64,000 nt of DNA from an uncultured Lachnospiraceae bacterium. Its GTDB lineage: Bacteria > Bacillota > Clostridia > Lachnospirales > Lachnospiraceae. The notes beneath the pieces are model-generated. The model worked only from the letters and a program-made list of their open reading frames with translations, made no database searches and was not told where the DNA came from. The stretch covers positions 2,484-66,483 of the forward strand of contig CATJPU010000179.1 of the NCBI GenBank assembly GCA_949742505.1, given 5' to 3'. Position numbers and translations under genes: made by a program. Of the stretch, positions 20,296 through 30,242 are shown in pieces (within the stretch, counting starts at the first letter, position 1; each line of letters opens with the position of its first letter).

Positions 20296-21180
20296 CTAGT
20301 TCATCTTTTTCTTTGGATTCCACAAACTCTGCATAAATACCAGCGTAAAGACAACCAGCGCCGCAATGAAGATAACTGCCATCGCGCTTGCATAGCCAAC
20401 CTGATTGTATCTTGCCAGCGTCTTGTAAATAATGATGCTAATTGTTTCCGAGGAACTGTTCGGACCTCCTTCCGTCATAGCCCAAATGATATCAAAGGTC
20501 CGGGCCGCATCAATAATTCTGACGGACAGGGCCGTCAAAAGCACTGGTTTAATATTGGGAAGCTTAATCAGTATAATCTGCTGAAACATACTGGCTCCGT
20601 CTATTTTCGCCGCCTCCAGCATACTGGAATCTAATACCTGAAGACCGGCGAGAGTCATCAGCATCATAAACGGCGTTGTCAGCCAGATGTCGGCAATACA
20701 ACATGCAATCAGCGACCATTTTGCATCTGCAAGCCACAGGATATCGCTGCTGTTTGCCAGGATTCCCACTCTTGTAAGCAGTTCATTGACAATACCAAAG
20801 CTGGAGCTCATCATTAATTTCCAGGTAAGACCGGCAACTAAGGGCGCAATCATCAGCGGAGCCATCATCAGAGATCGAATCACCTTGCTTCCTCTGTAAT
20901 TCAGCTCAAAAAACAAGGCGAATAACAGTCCTATGATTGTTTCCATACCAACAGCGAGAAGAATATACACCACTGTATTTTTTAACTGCTTTAAAAAGCC
21001 TCCCGCTGTAAATGCCCGGATATAATTCTCCAGACCGATAAATGTTTTCTCTCCTGTTATCCCAATGTCATAAAAACTGTCAATTACCATGGTGATGATG
21101 GGGTAGATGAGAAAGGCGCCCATAAATATTGCGCCGGGCAGAAAGAATAACAATAAGGTTTTTCTTGAAATTAGTCTCAT
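20296..21180 (-). CDS. Carbohydrate ABC transporter permease (MalF-like)
   Basis: FIGLENY, LEAAKIDGAS; start MRLISRK behind an RBS. Confidence 0.93.
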   Translation of the reverse strand: MRLISRKTLLLFFLPGAIFMGAFLIYPIITMVIDSFYDIGITGEKTFIGLENYIRAFTAGGFLKQLKNTVVYILLAVGMETIIGLLFALFFELNYRGSKVIRSLMMAPLMIAPLVAGLTWKLMMSSSFGIVNELLTRVGILANSSDILWLADAKWSLIACCIADIWLTTPFMMLMTLAGLQVLDSSMLEAAKIDGASMFQQIILIKLPNIKPVLLTALSVRIIDAARTFDIIWAMTEGGPNSSSETISIIIYKTLARYNQVGYASAMAVIFIAALVVFTLVFMQSLWNPKKKMN

Positions 21181-21212
21181 TTGCTTTTCCTCTTTAATTT
21201 TTAAGGTGAGGT

Positions 21213-21440
21213 ATCTTTGGTTCTGCCTGAGCAGCGGATAACGCAAAAAGGGACCTTGGTATGCATAGCTGGGCAACGCTCTGGTGAACTAACTGCTAAC
21301 TCCGGCTAGAATGCGCAGGAATGCCTGCGCATCCAAGTCTCCATAAGCAGTGAATTTCACCTCCGCTAAAGACGCCCTTTTATGCTATACATACCAAGGT
21401 CCCTTTTTGCGTTATCCGCCGCTCAGGCAGAATCAAAGAT
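21213..21440. mobile_element. MITE-like 228-bp element with 57-bp terminal inverted repeats
   Basis: 21213-21269 vs reverse complement of 21384-21440: 3 mismatches; internal hairpin ATGCGCAGG-AATG-CCTGCGCAT. Confidence 0.75.
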
Positions 21441-21491
21441 CCCGCCAAAGTTTTATTGGACTTCCTACACTAAATCTAATCTCTTTTTAGG

Positions 21492-21526
21492 TGAACTCCC
21501 CGCCGCCTAAAAGGCGCGGGAGTTCA
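21492..21526. repeat. GC-rich stem-loop after the SBP gene (REP-like / mRNA stabiliser)
   Basis: TGAACTCCC...CGCCT-AAA-AGGCG...GGGAGTTCA. Confidence 0.7.
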
Positions 21527-21550
21527 GCCTGATATTTTTAATTACTTTAA

Positions 21551-22795
21551 TTACTGTCCGATCGCTTCTATTTCAGATGCAGCAGATTCAAGAGTTGACT
21601 CAATGTCTGCTCCTCCAAGACAGGACTCAACAACGCCGGTTAATACTTCTTCAATCTGCGACCAGGTAGTTACCATCGGTCTTGCCTGAGACTGCTCCGC
21701 TCCTAACGTATCCAATACCGCTAATGTGTGCTCGTTGCCAGCTTCTTTTCCTGCTTCCTCATATACAGAGGTTCTACCGGCAATCTTCAATGTCAGATCC
21801 ATATAATCTCCGTTATGGTCATACATATATTCTACATACTTCTTTGCCATTTCTTTATTTTCTGAATTTTTCATCACACATTCATACCATGGACCTGTGG
21901 TGGCGCCGATTCCTGCGCTTCCTCCAATCATTGGCGCGCATCCCACCTTGTCTGCTCCCAGCGCTTCCACTGCTGCCGGATACTGATGGCTCCAGTTAAG
22001 CTGCATAGCAACCTTTTCATTGGTAAATAATTCCTGAGACTCTGTCGCCGCTGTAGACAGGGAATCTGCCGGCGTATAATCTGCATCTGCATTCTCTACC
22101 ATAAATTTCAGTGCGTCTGCATATGCCTGATCGGTAATATTCACCTTGCCGTCTTTGTCAAATACCAACCCCTCTGCTCCCGCCTGACAGGCAAAATCAA
22201 GGAATGAGCATACTGCATCGGAGCCGCTTCCAAATACAGTTGTTCCATACATATCGTCCGTTGCGAGTTCTTTTGCAAGCGCCTGATATTCTTCCCATGT
22301 CTTCGGCACCTGCTCCTCAGAAATCAAATCCTTTCTGTAAATAAGAATCTTCGCATTCACCCACATTGGATATCCGATCAAGTTGCCGTCTAACGTGCCG
22401 CTTTCCTCCAGGGTCGGAAGAAAATCGCTGGTATCCGCATCATTTACAGGTTCAAGTGCATCCTTAAATGCTGCAAGCCATACAACGTCCAGACATCCGA
22501 CATCATGGGTAGCCTCTCCTGCCTTGATCTCTGTCGAAAGCTTATCATACATACCTGTATAGGCAACCGCATCTACAATCACCTTGCACCCCGTCTCCTC
22601 CTCAAAAGCCGCTGCCGTCTCATTTGCAAGGGCCTCTGCCGGAGAACCGCTCTCTACCAGCACCGTAATACTATTCTCTGATTTTGCATCTTCTTTTGCG
22701 TCGTCTCCGCCGCTCTTTTCTGTTCCGCCGCAGCCTGTTAACATCGCTCCAACCATTACCGCCGCAAGTAAGGTACTTAAGAATCTCTTTTTCAT
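21551..22795 (-). CDS. Sugar ABC transporter substrate-binding lipoprotein
   Basis: Lipobox LTGC, PKTWEEY, family-1 SBP features. Confidence 0.93.
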   Translation of the reverse strand: MKKRFLSTLLAAVMVGAMLTGCGGTEKSGGDDAKEDAKSENSITVLVESGSPAEALANETAAAFEEETGCKVIVDAVAYTGMYDKLSTEIKAGEATHDVGCLDVVWLAAFKDALEPVNDADTSDFLPTLEESGTLDGNLIGYPMWVNAKILIYRKDLISEEQVPKTWEEYQALAKELATDDMYGTTVFGSGSDAVCSFLDFACQAGAEGLVFDKDGKVNITDQAYADALKFMVENADADYTPADSLSTAATESQELFTNEKVAMQLNWSHQYPAAVEALGADKVGCAPMIGGSAGIGATTGPWYECVMKNSENKEMAKKYVEYMYDHNGDYMDLTLKIAGRTSVYEEAGKEAGNEHTLAVLDTLGAEQSQARPMVTTWSQIEEVLTGVVESCLGGADIESTLESAASEIEAIGQ

Positions 22796-22973
22796 TATTG
22801 TCTCCTCCTTTTCACGTTATCCTGTTACTTTTATTAGTTCCCTGCTGCTTCCACAATTTTAGCTCCGTCATTTCCCAATCTGTCTTCCACCGGTGGTTGC
22901 TTTTCTCTCACAGACCAGTCTTACTAACGAAAGCTCTCATGGATTATCTGCTCCTTTTTACGTCTGTTGTTCG

Positions 22974-22993
22974 ATATGGAACGCGTTCCATAT
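22974..22993. promoter_or_regulatory. LacI-family operator 1
   Basis: Perfect 20-bp palindrome ATATGGAACGCGTTCCATAT with central CG. Confidence 0.85.
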
Positions 22994-23029
22994 TTGCCAA
23001 AAATAAAATCTGCTTTTGCCTTTACCCGT

Positions 23030-23047
23030 TATGGAACGCGTTCCATA
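23030..23047. promoter_or_regulatory. LacI-family operator 2
   Basis: Perfect palindrome TATGGAACGCGTTCCATA, 55 bp from operator 1. Confidence 0.85.
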
Positions 23048-23088
23048 TTGTTGAAAATAAAATAGAGCAGCTTCTCTTTACATTTTCT

Positions 23089-23116
23089 ATTATATCTTCT
23101 TTGTCATATATGTCAA
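23089..23116 (-). promoter_or_regulatory. Sigma-A promoter of the ABC/GH32/GH91 operon
   Basis: TTGACA-16-TATAAT on the minus strand. Confidence 0.8.
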
Positions 23117-23222
23117 TATATTTCATCTATTCAAATTATTTTCATGGAAAACAAACAAAATTTTACTATATCTTTTGTGCATTTTTCACTAGATCGAGGC
23201 GACATACCGAAGGTATCCCTTG

Positions 23223-23316
23223 CTGTTTGGTTCGTGCCAGTGTCAGGCAAAAGTTCGACGGCGATATGGGCGCATCGGCTAGAACTTTTAACGACGCAAT
23301 GGTGCGAACCAGACAG
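23223..23316. repeat. Rod-like imperfect inverted repeat (MITE-like)
   Basis: CTGTTTGGTTCGTGCCA...AAAAGTTC...GAACTTTT...TGGTGCGAACCAGACAG. Confidence 0.65.
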
Positions 23317-23644
23317 TTCAGAAGTTTGATTTCTGGCCGGATGGAATACTGATACAGCATTGCATATTGTCAGGTACGCGTCAGCAAACCGACGGCATAG
23401 CAATTGCGATATGAATCGACCCATCTTCCATCCGATATTTAGCATACATCGCACTATCAACATGTGATGTACTGATTTTCCATGCGGATGCAGGACATTG
23501 ATTTATAAATTTACGGATACACGCTGCAATTTCCGTTGATATACCAAGAACAAGCGTGCTATTATACATATTCTTTTGCACTTGTATAGCTACAACTCAA
23601 TTATACGTGTATGCCAATACATATGTAAAGCAAACGGGGCTGTA

Positions 23645-24628
23645 CTACACAATTGTTGTATCCCCCTTTTTAAGCTGTGCTTCCAGCATTACTTGCTTAT
23701 TTTTAAATTCTTTCCCGCCAATCAAATCACAGAGAATCTGTACAGATTCCTTCGCAAGTCTCTCAATCGGCTGCACAACAGCCGTCATTCTCGGCTCTGC
23801 CAGTTCCGTGATAAAAGTCCCGTCATAAGCGACAAATTTTACATCTCTCGGCACCTTCAAATGTCTGCGGATTGCTTCATTCATACATTCAATTGCCAGC
23901 CAGTCTACCGCAAATACACCGTCAAAATCAAATCCCTTCAAAAATACATCTCTGACAACTTTCCGATAATATTCCGCGTCAAATCGGTTCCATTCCAATT
24001 CATAAGTATACGTTTCAATCTGGCGCCCCTTCATAATCCGTTCAAACTCATAATGTCTCTCATGATAAGGCGACTCCACCGCCGTAGAACCTCTGAAATG
24101 CAGAATCCTTTTGCAGCCATTACGAATCAGGGCCTCCGCCGCCAGACGCCCTCCTTCTTTATGATTTACCGCCACTACCGGAATGTGCTCTCCTAAGTAT
24201 CTGTCCAATGCAACAATCGGTTTGTGAATCTTCTGATACTCTTCCACATCCAGCGAATGAACTCCTGTAATCACCCCGTCCACAATATGACGGTTCAGCA
24301 TATCCAGATATTCCAGTTCCGCATTGCTCTCCTTTACCGTACTGCAGAGCATCATCTTATACCCTGCTTCGTACAGCTCATCTTCCACAAAATTGATAAA
24401 TTCCACAAAAAACGGATTCGATACGCTGGGAACAATCACAGCGATAATTCCAGTACGTTTATGATACAGATTCCTAGCCAACTCGTTAGGGGTATAATTC
24501 AGCTCCCGCATTGCAATCTCAATCTTTTCTCTGGTTTCTTCCGCCACGTAGCCGCTGTCATTCAGCATTCTGGATACCGTACCCACACCTACGCCGGCTC
24601 TTTTTGCAACGTCCTTAATTCCCGCCAC
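23645..24628 (-). CDS. LacI-family transcriptional regulator
   Basis: GIKDVAKRAGVGVGTVSRMLN HTH, YTPNELARNL hinge. Confidence 0.95.
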   Translation of the reverse strand: MAGIKDVAKRAGVGVGTVSRMLNDSGYVAEETREKIEIAMRELNYTPNELARNLYHKRTGIIAVIVPSVSNPFFVEFINFVEDELYEAGYKMMLCSTVKESNAELEYLDMLNRHIVDGVITGVHSLDVEEYQKIHKPIVALDRYLGEHIPVVAVNHKEGGRLAAEALIRNGCKRILHFRGSTAVESPYHERHYEFERIMKGRQIETYTYELEWNRFDAEYYRKVVRDVFLKGFDFDGVFAVDWLAIECMNEAIRRHLKVPRDVKFVAYDGTFITELAEPRMTAVVQPIERLAKESVQILCDLIGGKEFKNKQVMLEAQLKKGDTTIV

Positions 24629-24657
24629 TTTTTCTTACCTCCCGGGCGCATCGCCCC

Positions 24658-25311
24658 TTATAAGAATCTTTTCTGTTTTTTCTTTATCGCATCTGGAAAA
24701 TTACTTACTATTCTCCTGATATTTCTATACTGTAAATAGTATTCATTCAGCTCTTTTTTGGAATACTGATATATTTCATCAGACGTCATAGAAATCAGTA
24801 ACTGCGTAAAATATCTTTCCCAGCTTTCATATTCTCCTGCATCAACATAATCCGACGTAGCGTTTAATATCTGCGGAAGTTCCCCAGACTGTATCAGGCC
24901 TGAGTTCAAAATCAAATACTCAAAAGACTCCGGCATCAAAATAGCGATTCTTCGATCTATCCTTGTGTCAAAATACTCCAGACAATTTTCAATCATTGAG
25001 CCAAATGCTGCAAACTCTTTCGAAAATACAAAATTATTATTTTCTTCAATAAAAATAACTGTATCTTCCAACGGCTCTAAAATATCCTGCCAGCTGCGCC
25101 CTATTTCCTGCCTTAAATACACATAATAGTTACTGTCGGTAGACACCGTATATCCAGATTCCCTGCCAATGCGGAGGTACTCATACATCATGTGCAGAAG
25201 CGTAGTTTTTCCTGTAGCGCTGTCTCCTTTGATTACGGTAATATTCCTTCGTATCGTAAACTCAAACAACATTCTTTTACTTCTAACCCGAAAATAATAA
25301 CTACCCTTCAT
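24658..25311 (-). pseudogene. P-loop ATPase / TOPRIM-like protein partnered with DUF4869; probable internal in-frame deletion
   Basis: RNITVIKGDSATGKTT Walker A, VIFIEE Walker-B-like, then an abrupt SKEFA|AFGS join to ILMPESFEYLIL...SWERYFT. Confidence 0.55.
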
Positions 25312-25755
25312 CGAGTGCTGCCTCCGCCTCTAAGAGTCCCTCTACATATTCTGCCCGATTACGTACAATTCGCCCGGTATTCATGATTTGGATTTCAAAT
25401 TCTCCCTCAAAGCGAATCATATGCTGCAGATACACAACCAGCTCCTTTTTCTCAGCGATTTTCAAAACCCATTTAGCACAATTATTTCCGCAGTTCGACA
25501 AATTATAGACAAAGGAATCATCCTTCAGCATCAGTATCAGAACTTTTACGCCTCCGGATAAATCTTTTGGCGAACCGCTCCCATAACAGGGCTTTCAATG
25601 ATATGCGGACTAATCACCAATGACTGATCCACATCCCGAATCATTTCTTTCACCAGCTCATCTTCCATCCATTCATTTTCATAAACATTATCAAAATAGG
25701 ACGGAGCATCCGTCATATTTTCAATACCGCTATAGTACCATATTTTCAGCATACC
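25301..25755 (-). pseudogene. DUF4869-family protein, single frameshift near 25575
   Basis: YFDNVYENEWMEDELVKEMIRDVD...IESPVMGAV; one extra base restores SPKDLSGGVKVLILM, continuing into ORF 25301-25531 (SNCGNNCAKW). Confidence 0.75.
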
Positions 25756-25840
25756 GCTCTTCACACCTTTCAAACACGCTCTCGTGCTCTATCCGGTCAG
25801 AAGTTCAATTTCTAGTCGGATGGAGCACTAGTACTAGCCT

Positions 25841-26839
25841 TTATGTCAGACTGATTCTGTCAATCTCAGCCAGTTCCTCTCCGGTAAATTCAGTCTTCTG
25901 TACAATCTTTATATTTTCCTCAATCTGCGAGGGTTTTGACGCTCCAATCAGTACGCTGGTCACCTCTTCATCTTTCAGTACCCAGCTGAGAGCCATCTGA
26001 GCCAGCGTCTGTCCCCTCCCCGCTGCAATCTGATTCAACGCCTGAATCTGCGCCAGCCTGTCCTGCACAGACTGTTCCTTCAGAAAGCGCCCGTCTGTGC
26101 GTATCCGACTGTCTGACGGGATCCCGTTCAGATACCGATCTGTCAGAAGCCCCTGAGCCAATGGGCTGAATGCTATCATTCCTTTATTTAGCTGTTTAGC
26201 AGTTTCTTTTAATCCGTTTTTTTCTATGGTTCTGTCAAAAATCGAATATCGGTTTTGATTGATGATAAACGGACATTTCAAATCCTCCAGAATCTTCGCC
26301 GCCTTGAAAAGGGTTGCCCCGTCATAGTTGGAAATTCCCACATACAACGCTTTTCCGCTGCGCACAATGGCGTCAAGCGCCATCATCGTCTCCTCAAGAG
26401 GCGTCTCTGGGTCCATCCTGTGGTGATAGAAAATATCCACGTATTCCAGCCCCATGCGCTTCAGACTCTGATCCAGACTGGCAATCAGATATTTCCGGCT
26501 TCCCCAGTTTCCATAGGGCCCTTCCCACATATCATAGCCTGCCTTCGTACTGATAATCATCTCATCCCGATAAGCAGACATCTCTTCGCACAGAATATTT
26601 CCAAAATTACGCTCCGCGCTTCCATATTCCGGCCCATAGTTATTCGCCAAGTCAAAATGCGTAATCCCCAAATCAAAGGCTCGGAAACACATCCTTTTCA
26701 TATTCTCCGAATCCGCGCTGCTTCCAAAATTATGCCAGAGCCCCAGCGATACCGCAGGCAGAAGCAGCCCGCTCTTTCCGCATCTGTTATACTGCATTTC
26801 CTGATAGCGGCCGGCGGCCGCACTGTATCTGTTCCCCAT
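25841..26839 (-). CDS. mgrA: L-glyceraldehyde 3-phosphate reductase (aldo-keto reductase)
   Basis: SGLLLPAVSLGLWHNFG, THFDLANNYGP, STKAGYDMWEGPYG. Confidence 0.9.
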   Translation of the reverse strand: MGNRYSAAAGRYQEMQYNRCGKSGLLLPAVSLGLWHNFGSSADSENMKRMCFRAFDLGITHFDLANNYGPEYGSAERNFGNILCEEMSAYRDEMIISTKAGYDMWEGPYGNWGSRKYLIASLDQSLKRMGLEYVDIFYHHRMDPETPLEETMMALDAIVRSGKALYVGISNYDGATLFKAAKILEDLKCPFIINQNRYSIFDRTIEKNGLKETAKQLNKGMIAFSPLAQGLLTDRYLNGIPSDSRIRTDGRFLKEQSVQDRLAQIQALNQIAAGRGQTLAQMALSWVLKDEEVTSVLIGASKPSQIEENIKIVQKTEFTGEELAEIDRISLT

Positions 26840-27242
26840 CTCTGTTCCTCCCGAACATAAAATCTTTCCAACTCACCTGTTTCCGAAAGGCAGTTTTGGG
26901 GCCGAACAGGCGAATGTCTTTTCTCTTTAATAATCTGATTGCTGATTATAAATTATATTATCACAAAACCAGCGCCTTCTCAACGCTGATTATCATGACC
27001 GGTATGAAATACCGAGCTGTTTCGGCATTCTCACAACTTCACCCTGAATCTCATCCGTAGTCTTTTCACAGTAAGTCCTCGCTTAATCCCGCAACCAGAC
27101 GTTCATCATACTCAACATAGTTCCACTTCCTCTTATGCCCCGAAAGTATACCTTTACAAATGATAACCGGAATGTTACTCCGTCTGATAAGAGATATTCT
27201 CCGGATTCAACCCACGTTCTCCAGGCGACGTGTGAGCAGTAA

Positions 27243-27788
27243 CTAATACTCAGCTTTCTTAATTCTTGTAAAATATTCTACATCATTCTCCCGGCAGATA
27301 TACGCTCCATTTTTCTGCTGCACCCTGAGAGACGACAGATTATCCCTGTGGACATGCATATAAATCTCATCTTCCGGAATGATATCCTTCGCAATTTCTA
27401 TCAATAAGCGGAGTCCTTCTGTGGCATATCCCCTGCCGCGGTATCTGGGCGAAATGCCATATCCAATATGCCCCGCGCCTTTCCTTAAGGAATCATTCAG
27501 ATAATGGCGCAGATTAAAAATCCCCGCATAATCCTCCCCTGCTTCCAGAATATACACCGTATCCGGCACAAATCCTTCCGGCAAATCAATCCCCCTGGAA
27601 TGCTCCTCCTTTTTCTTCACATAATTCTTAAATCCATCGAATGACAATCCATATGCGCCATTCACAAACCCATGCTCATTCTCCGCAAAAGTATTCTGCA
27701 ATTCGTAAGCTCTTCTTATATCTGTTTCCCATAGCTTTACCAGCCTCATATCCGGCATTCTTTCTTCCTGCACAGCCCTTTTGTCCAT
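27243..27788 (-). CDS. GNAT-family N-acetyltransferase
   Basis: GHIGYGISPRYRGRGYAT, NLSSLRVQQKNG. Confidence 0.88.
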   Translation of the reverse strand: MDKRAVQEERMPDMRLVKLWETDIRRAYELQNTFAENEHGFVNGAYGLSFDGFKNYVKKKEEHSRGIDLPEGFVPDTVYILEAGEDYAGIFNLRHYLNDSLRKGAGHIGYGISPRYRGRGYATEGLRLLIEIAKDIIPEDEIYMHVHRDNLSSLRVQQKNGAYICRENDVEYFTRIKKAEY

Positions 27789-27859
27789 TTATGAATCCCC
27801 CTATTTAAAATAGCAGGCGAACTGCAACTTTTCGCCTGCCATATATTCCCATTATATGA

Positions 27860-28606
27860 TTACAAAATCTTTGACAGAAATTCCTGAAGCCTAGGATCTT
27901 TGGGATGTTCAAAGAACTCCTTCGGGCTTCCCTGCTCCTTTATCTCGCCGTCTGCCATGAAGATGACTCTGCTGCCCACTTCTCTGGCGAATCCCATCTC
28001 GTGGGTTACCACCACCATGGTCATGCCGTCTCTTGCGAGCTGTTTCATCAGCTCTAACACCTCACCGACCATCTCCGGGTCCAGCGCGGAAGTAGGCTCG
28101 TCAAACAGCATCACATCCGGTTCCATGGCCAGAGACCGCACAATCGCGATTCTCTGTTTCTGACCGCCGGACAACTGGGAAGGATATGCATTTGCCTTCT
28201 CCGCCAGCCCGACTCGCTCCAAAAGCTCCATCCCCTTCTTATCCGCCTCTTCCCTGCTCATCCCCAGCAGTTTCGTCGGAGCCAGGGTAATATTCTGCAG
28301 AATCGTCTTATGAGGAAACAGATTAAAATGCTGGAATACCATCCCCATTTTCTGTCGATGCCGGTTAATATCTACCCTCTTATCTGTGATATCTACGCCC
28401 TCAAAATAAATCTTGCCTTCCGACGGTTCTTCCAATAAGTTCAGAGAACGCAGGAATGTCGACTTGCCGGAACCGGAAGGCCCCACCACAACTACAACCT
28501 CTCCCTTACGGATTTCTTCACTCACTCCGTTCAGCGCATGTAATTTGCCGAAGTTCTTCCTAAGGCCTTCTACTTTAATCAATGTCTCTCCATTATTAAT
28601 GGTCAC
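27860..28606 (-). CDS. Polar amino acid ABC transporter ATPase (GlnQ-like)
   Basis: [37 protein letters not shown]. Confidence 0.95.
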   Translation of the reverse strand: MTINNGETLIKVEGLRKNFGKLHALNGVSEEIRKGEVVVVVGPSGSGKSTFLRSLNLLEEPSEGKIYFEGVDITDKRVDINRHRQKMGMVFQHFNLFPHKTILQNITLAPTKLLGMSREEADKKGMELLERVGLAEKANAYPSQLSGGQKQRIAIVRSLAMEPDVMLFDEPTSALDPEMVGEVLELMKQLARDGMTMVVVTHEMGFAREVGSRVIFMADGEIKEQGSPKEFFEHPKDPRLQEFLSKIL

Positions 28607-29288
28607 TGTTCCTCAGCCTCCTCTCCAGCATATTGACAAGTTTACTGAAAATCATAACCATAATCAGATAAATAACCGCTACGGTAAGCAGCGGAAACAT
28701 CGCATCGTAAGTACGGCTTCGGATAATATCCCCGCCTTTGGTCAAATCCTGAATCGCAATGTATCCGGCTACGGAAGTTTCTTTCAATAACACAATAAAC
28801 TCATTGCCAAGCGCCGGCAGGATATTCTTAAACGCCTGCGGAAGCACAATGTAAACCATAGTCTGAAAGTAATTAAAACCCAGCGAACGCCCCGCCTCGA
28901 ACTGTCCGTCGTCAATCGACATGATTCCGGACCGCACAATCTCCGCTACATACGCCGCTGAATTCATTCCGAATGCCATGACCGCCGCCAGAACCTTACT
29001 TACATTCACCGTTCCAAAGATTACAAAATAGATAATCAGCAATTGGACAACCACCGGCGTTCCCCGGATGACTGTAATATAAATCTGTGCAATCAGATTC
29101 AGAATTTTTAATTTCCCGGTTTTCAAATATGTAGATCGGATAATGGCAAGGACAAATCCAAGCACAATGCCAATCAAAAGCGCAAGAAAGGTAATCTGCA
29201 GCGTAACCTTCAAACCGTCTGCAATATAGGTCCAGCGCTTGTCATCTATAAAATTAAACGCAAAGCGCTCCCCAAAGCTCATATCCAT
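28596..29288 (-). CDS. Polar amino acid ABC transporter permease
   Basis: [32 protein letters not shown]. Confidence 0.95.
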   Translation of the reverse strand: MDMSFGERFAFNFIDDKRWTYIADGLKVTLQITFLALLIGIVLGFVLAIIRSTYLKTGKLKILNLIAQIYITVIRGTPVVVQLLIIYFVIFGTVNVSKVLAAVMAFGMNSAAYVAEIVRSGIMSIDDGQFEAGRSLGFNYFQTMVYIVLPQAFKNILPALGNEFIVLLKETSVAGYIAIQDLTKGGDIIRSRTYDAMFPLLTVAVIYLIMVMIFSKLVNMLERRLRNSDH

Positions 29289-29405
29289 CCCCACTTGATT
29301 CTTCCTCTTCTTTCTGTATGTACTGTTCCCGGCCGCATGCAAGACTGACGCCCGTAAAGGACTTTTCCGAATATCCCTCACAAACGCCAGCCTGCATGAA
29401 CCTGA

Positions 29406-30242
29406 TTACTCTTTTACAATAACAACCTGACGCGCGGTACAGTAAGTATCTGAGAAATCAACGGATTTCAGACGGTCCTCTGTCACTGTCATACCTGCGA
29501 ATCCTACGTCCGCCTTTCCGCTCTGAACGGCAGTAATAATCGAATCAAAGCTCATATCTTCTATGACAAGCTCTGTTCCAAGGTAATCGCAGATTGCCCT
29601 TGCAACGTCTGCGTCCACGCCCATAATCGCATCTTCTCCGTCCACCGTATCATGGAACTCATACGGCGGAAATTCCGCGTTGGTCGCCATAACAAGCTGT
29701 CCGTCACGCTCTACAGACTCGTCGATGGCATAAGCCTCACCCTCTCCGCTTATATAGTAATCAAAAATCGCGTCAAAGGTTCCGTCCTCTTTCAGCGCCG
29801 CAAGCGCCTCGTTAAGCTTCTGCGTAAGCTCCGTATTGTCTTTGGAAACAGCAATTGCATATTCTTCCTCTGTGTAAGCCTCATCCAGAATCTTAAGTCC
29901 TTCATTCTCAGACACAAATACCTGCGCCGGCTCGTTGTCGATAATTACCGCGTCAATCTTGCCCTGCTGCAGAGCCTGAACAGCCTCAAAACCTTTATTG
30001 TAACGCTCCACACTATCCTCGCCGAACTCGTCCGTTACATAGATATCGCCTGTTGTACCTGTCTGTACGCCAATCGTCTTACCCTCTAACTGCTCAATGG
30101 ATGTAATTGCTTCCGCCGCCGTATCTTCACCTGCTCCAGACTCTTCTTTTCCATCATTTCCAGAGTCTCCAGAACCGCATGCCGCCAGTGAAATTACCAT
30201 TGCAGACGCCAGTAACATACTGCTTAACTTTTTCAATTTCAT
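29406..30242 (-). CDS. Amino acid ABC substrate-binding lipoprotein (family 3), circularly permuted
   Basis: Lipobox LAAC; LEGKTIGVQTGTT...YAIAV precedes LVMATNAEFPPYE...VDFSDTY. Confidence 0.9.
   Translation of the reverse strand: MKLKKLSSMLLASAMVISLAACGSGDSGNDGKEESGAGEDTAAEAITSIEQLEGKTIGVQTGTTGDIYVTDEFGEDSVERYNKGFEAVQALQQGKIDAVIIDNEPAQVFVSENEGLKILDEAYTEEEYAIAVSKDNTELTQKLNEALAALKEDGTFDAIFDYYISGEGEAYAIDESVERDGQLVMATNAEFPPYEFHDTVDGEDAIMGVDADVARAICDYLGTELVIEDMSFDSIITAVQSGKADVGFAGMTVTEDRLKSVDFSDTYCTARQVVIVKE

Noticed and set aside
22684-23581. ORFs across the LacI/SBP intergenic region, including a short RBS-led MRAFVSKTGL peptide
   Set aside because: They overlap the promoter, operators and palindromes; no recognisable domain
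26985-27240. Candidate ncRNA (6S/raiA-like) between mgrA and the GNAT gene
   Set aside because: No convincing closing helix or consensus; reads more like degenerate coding sequence with stops
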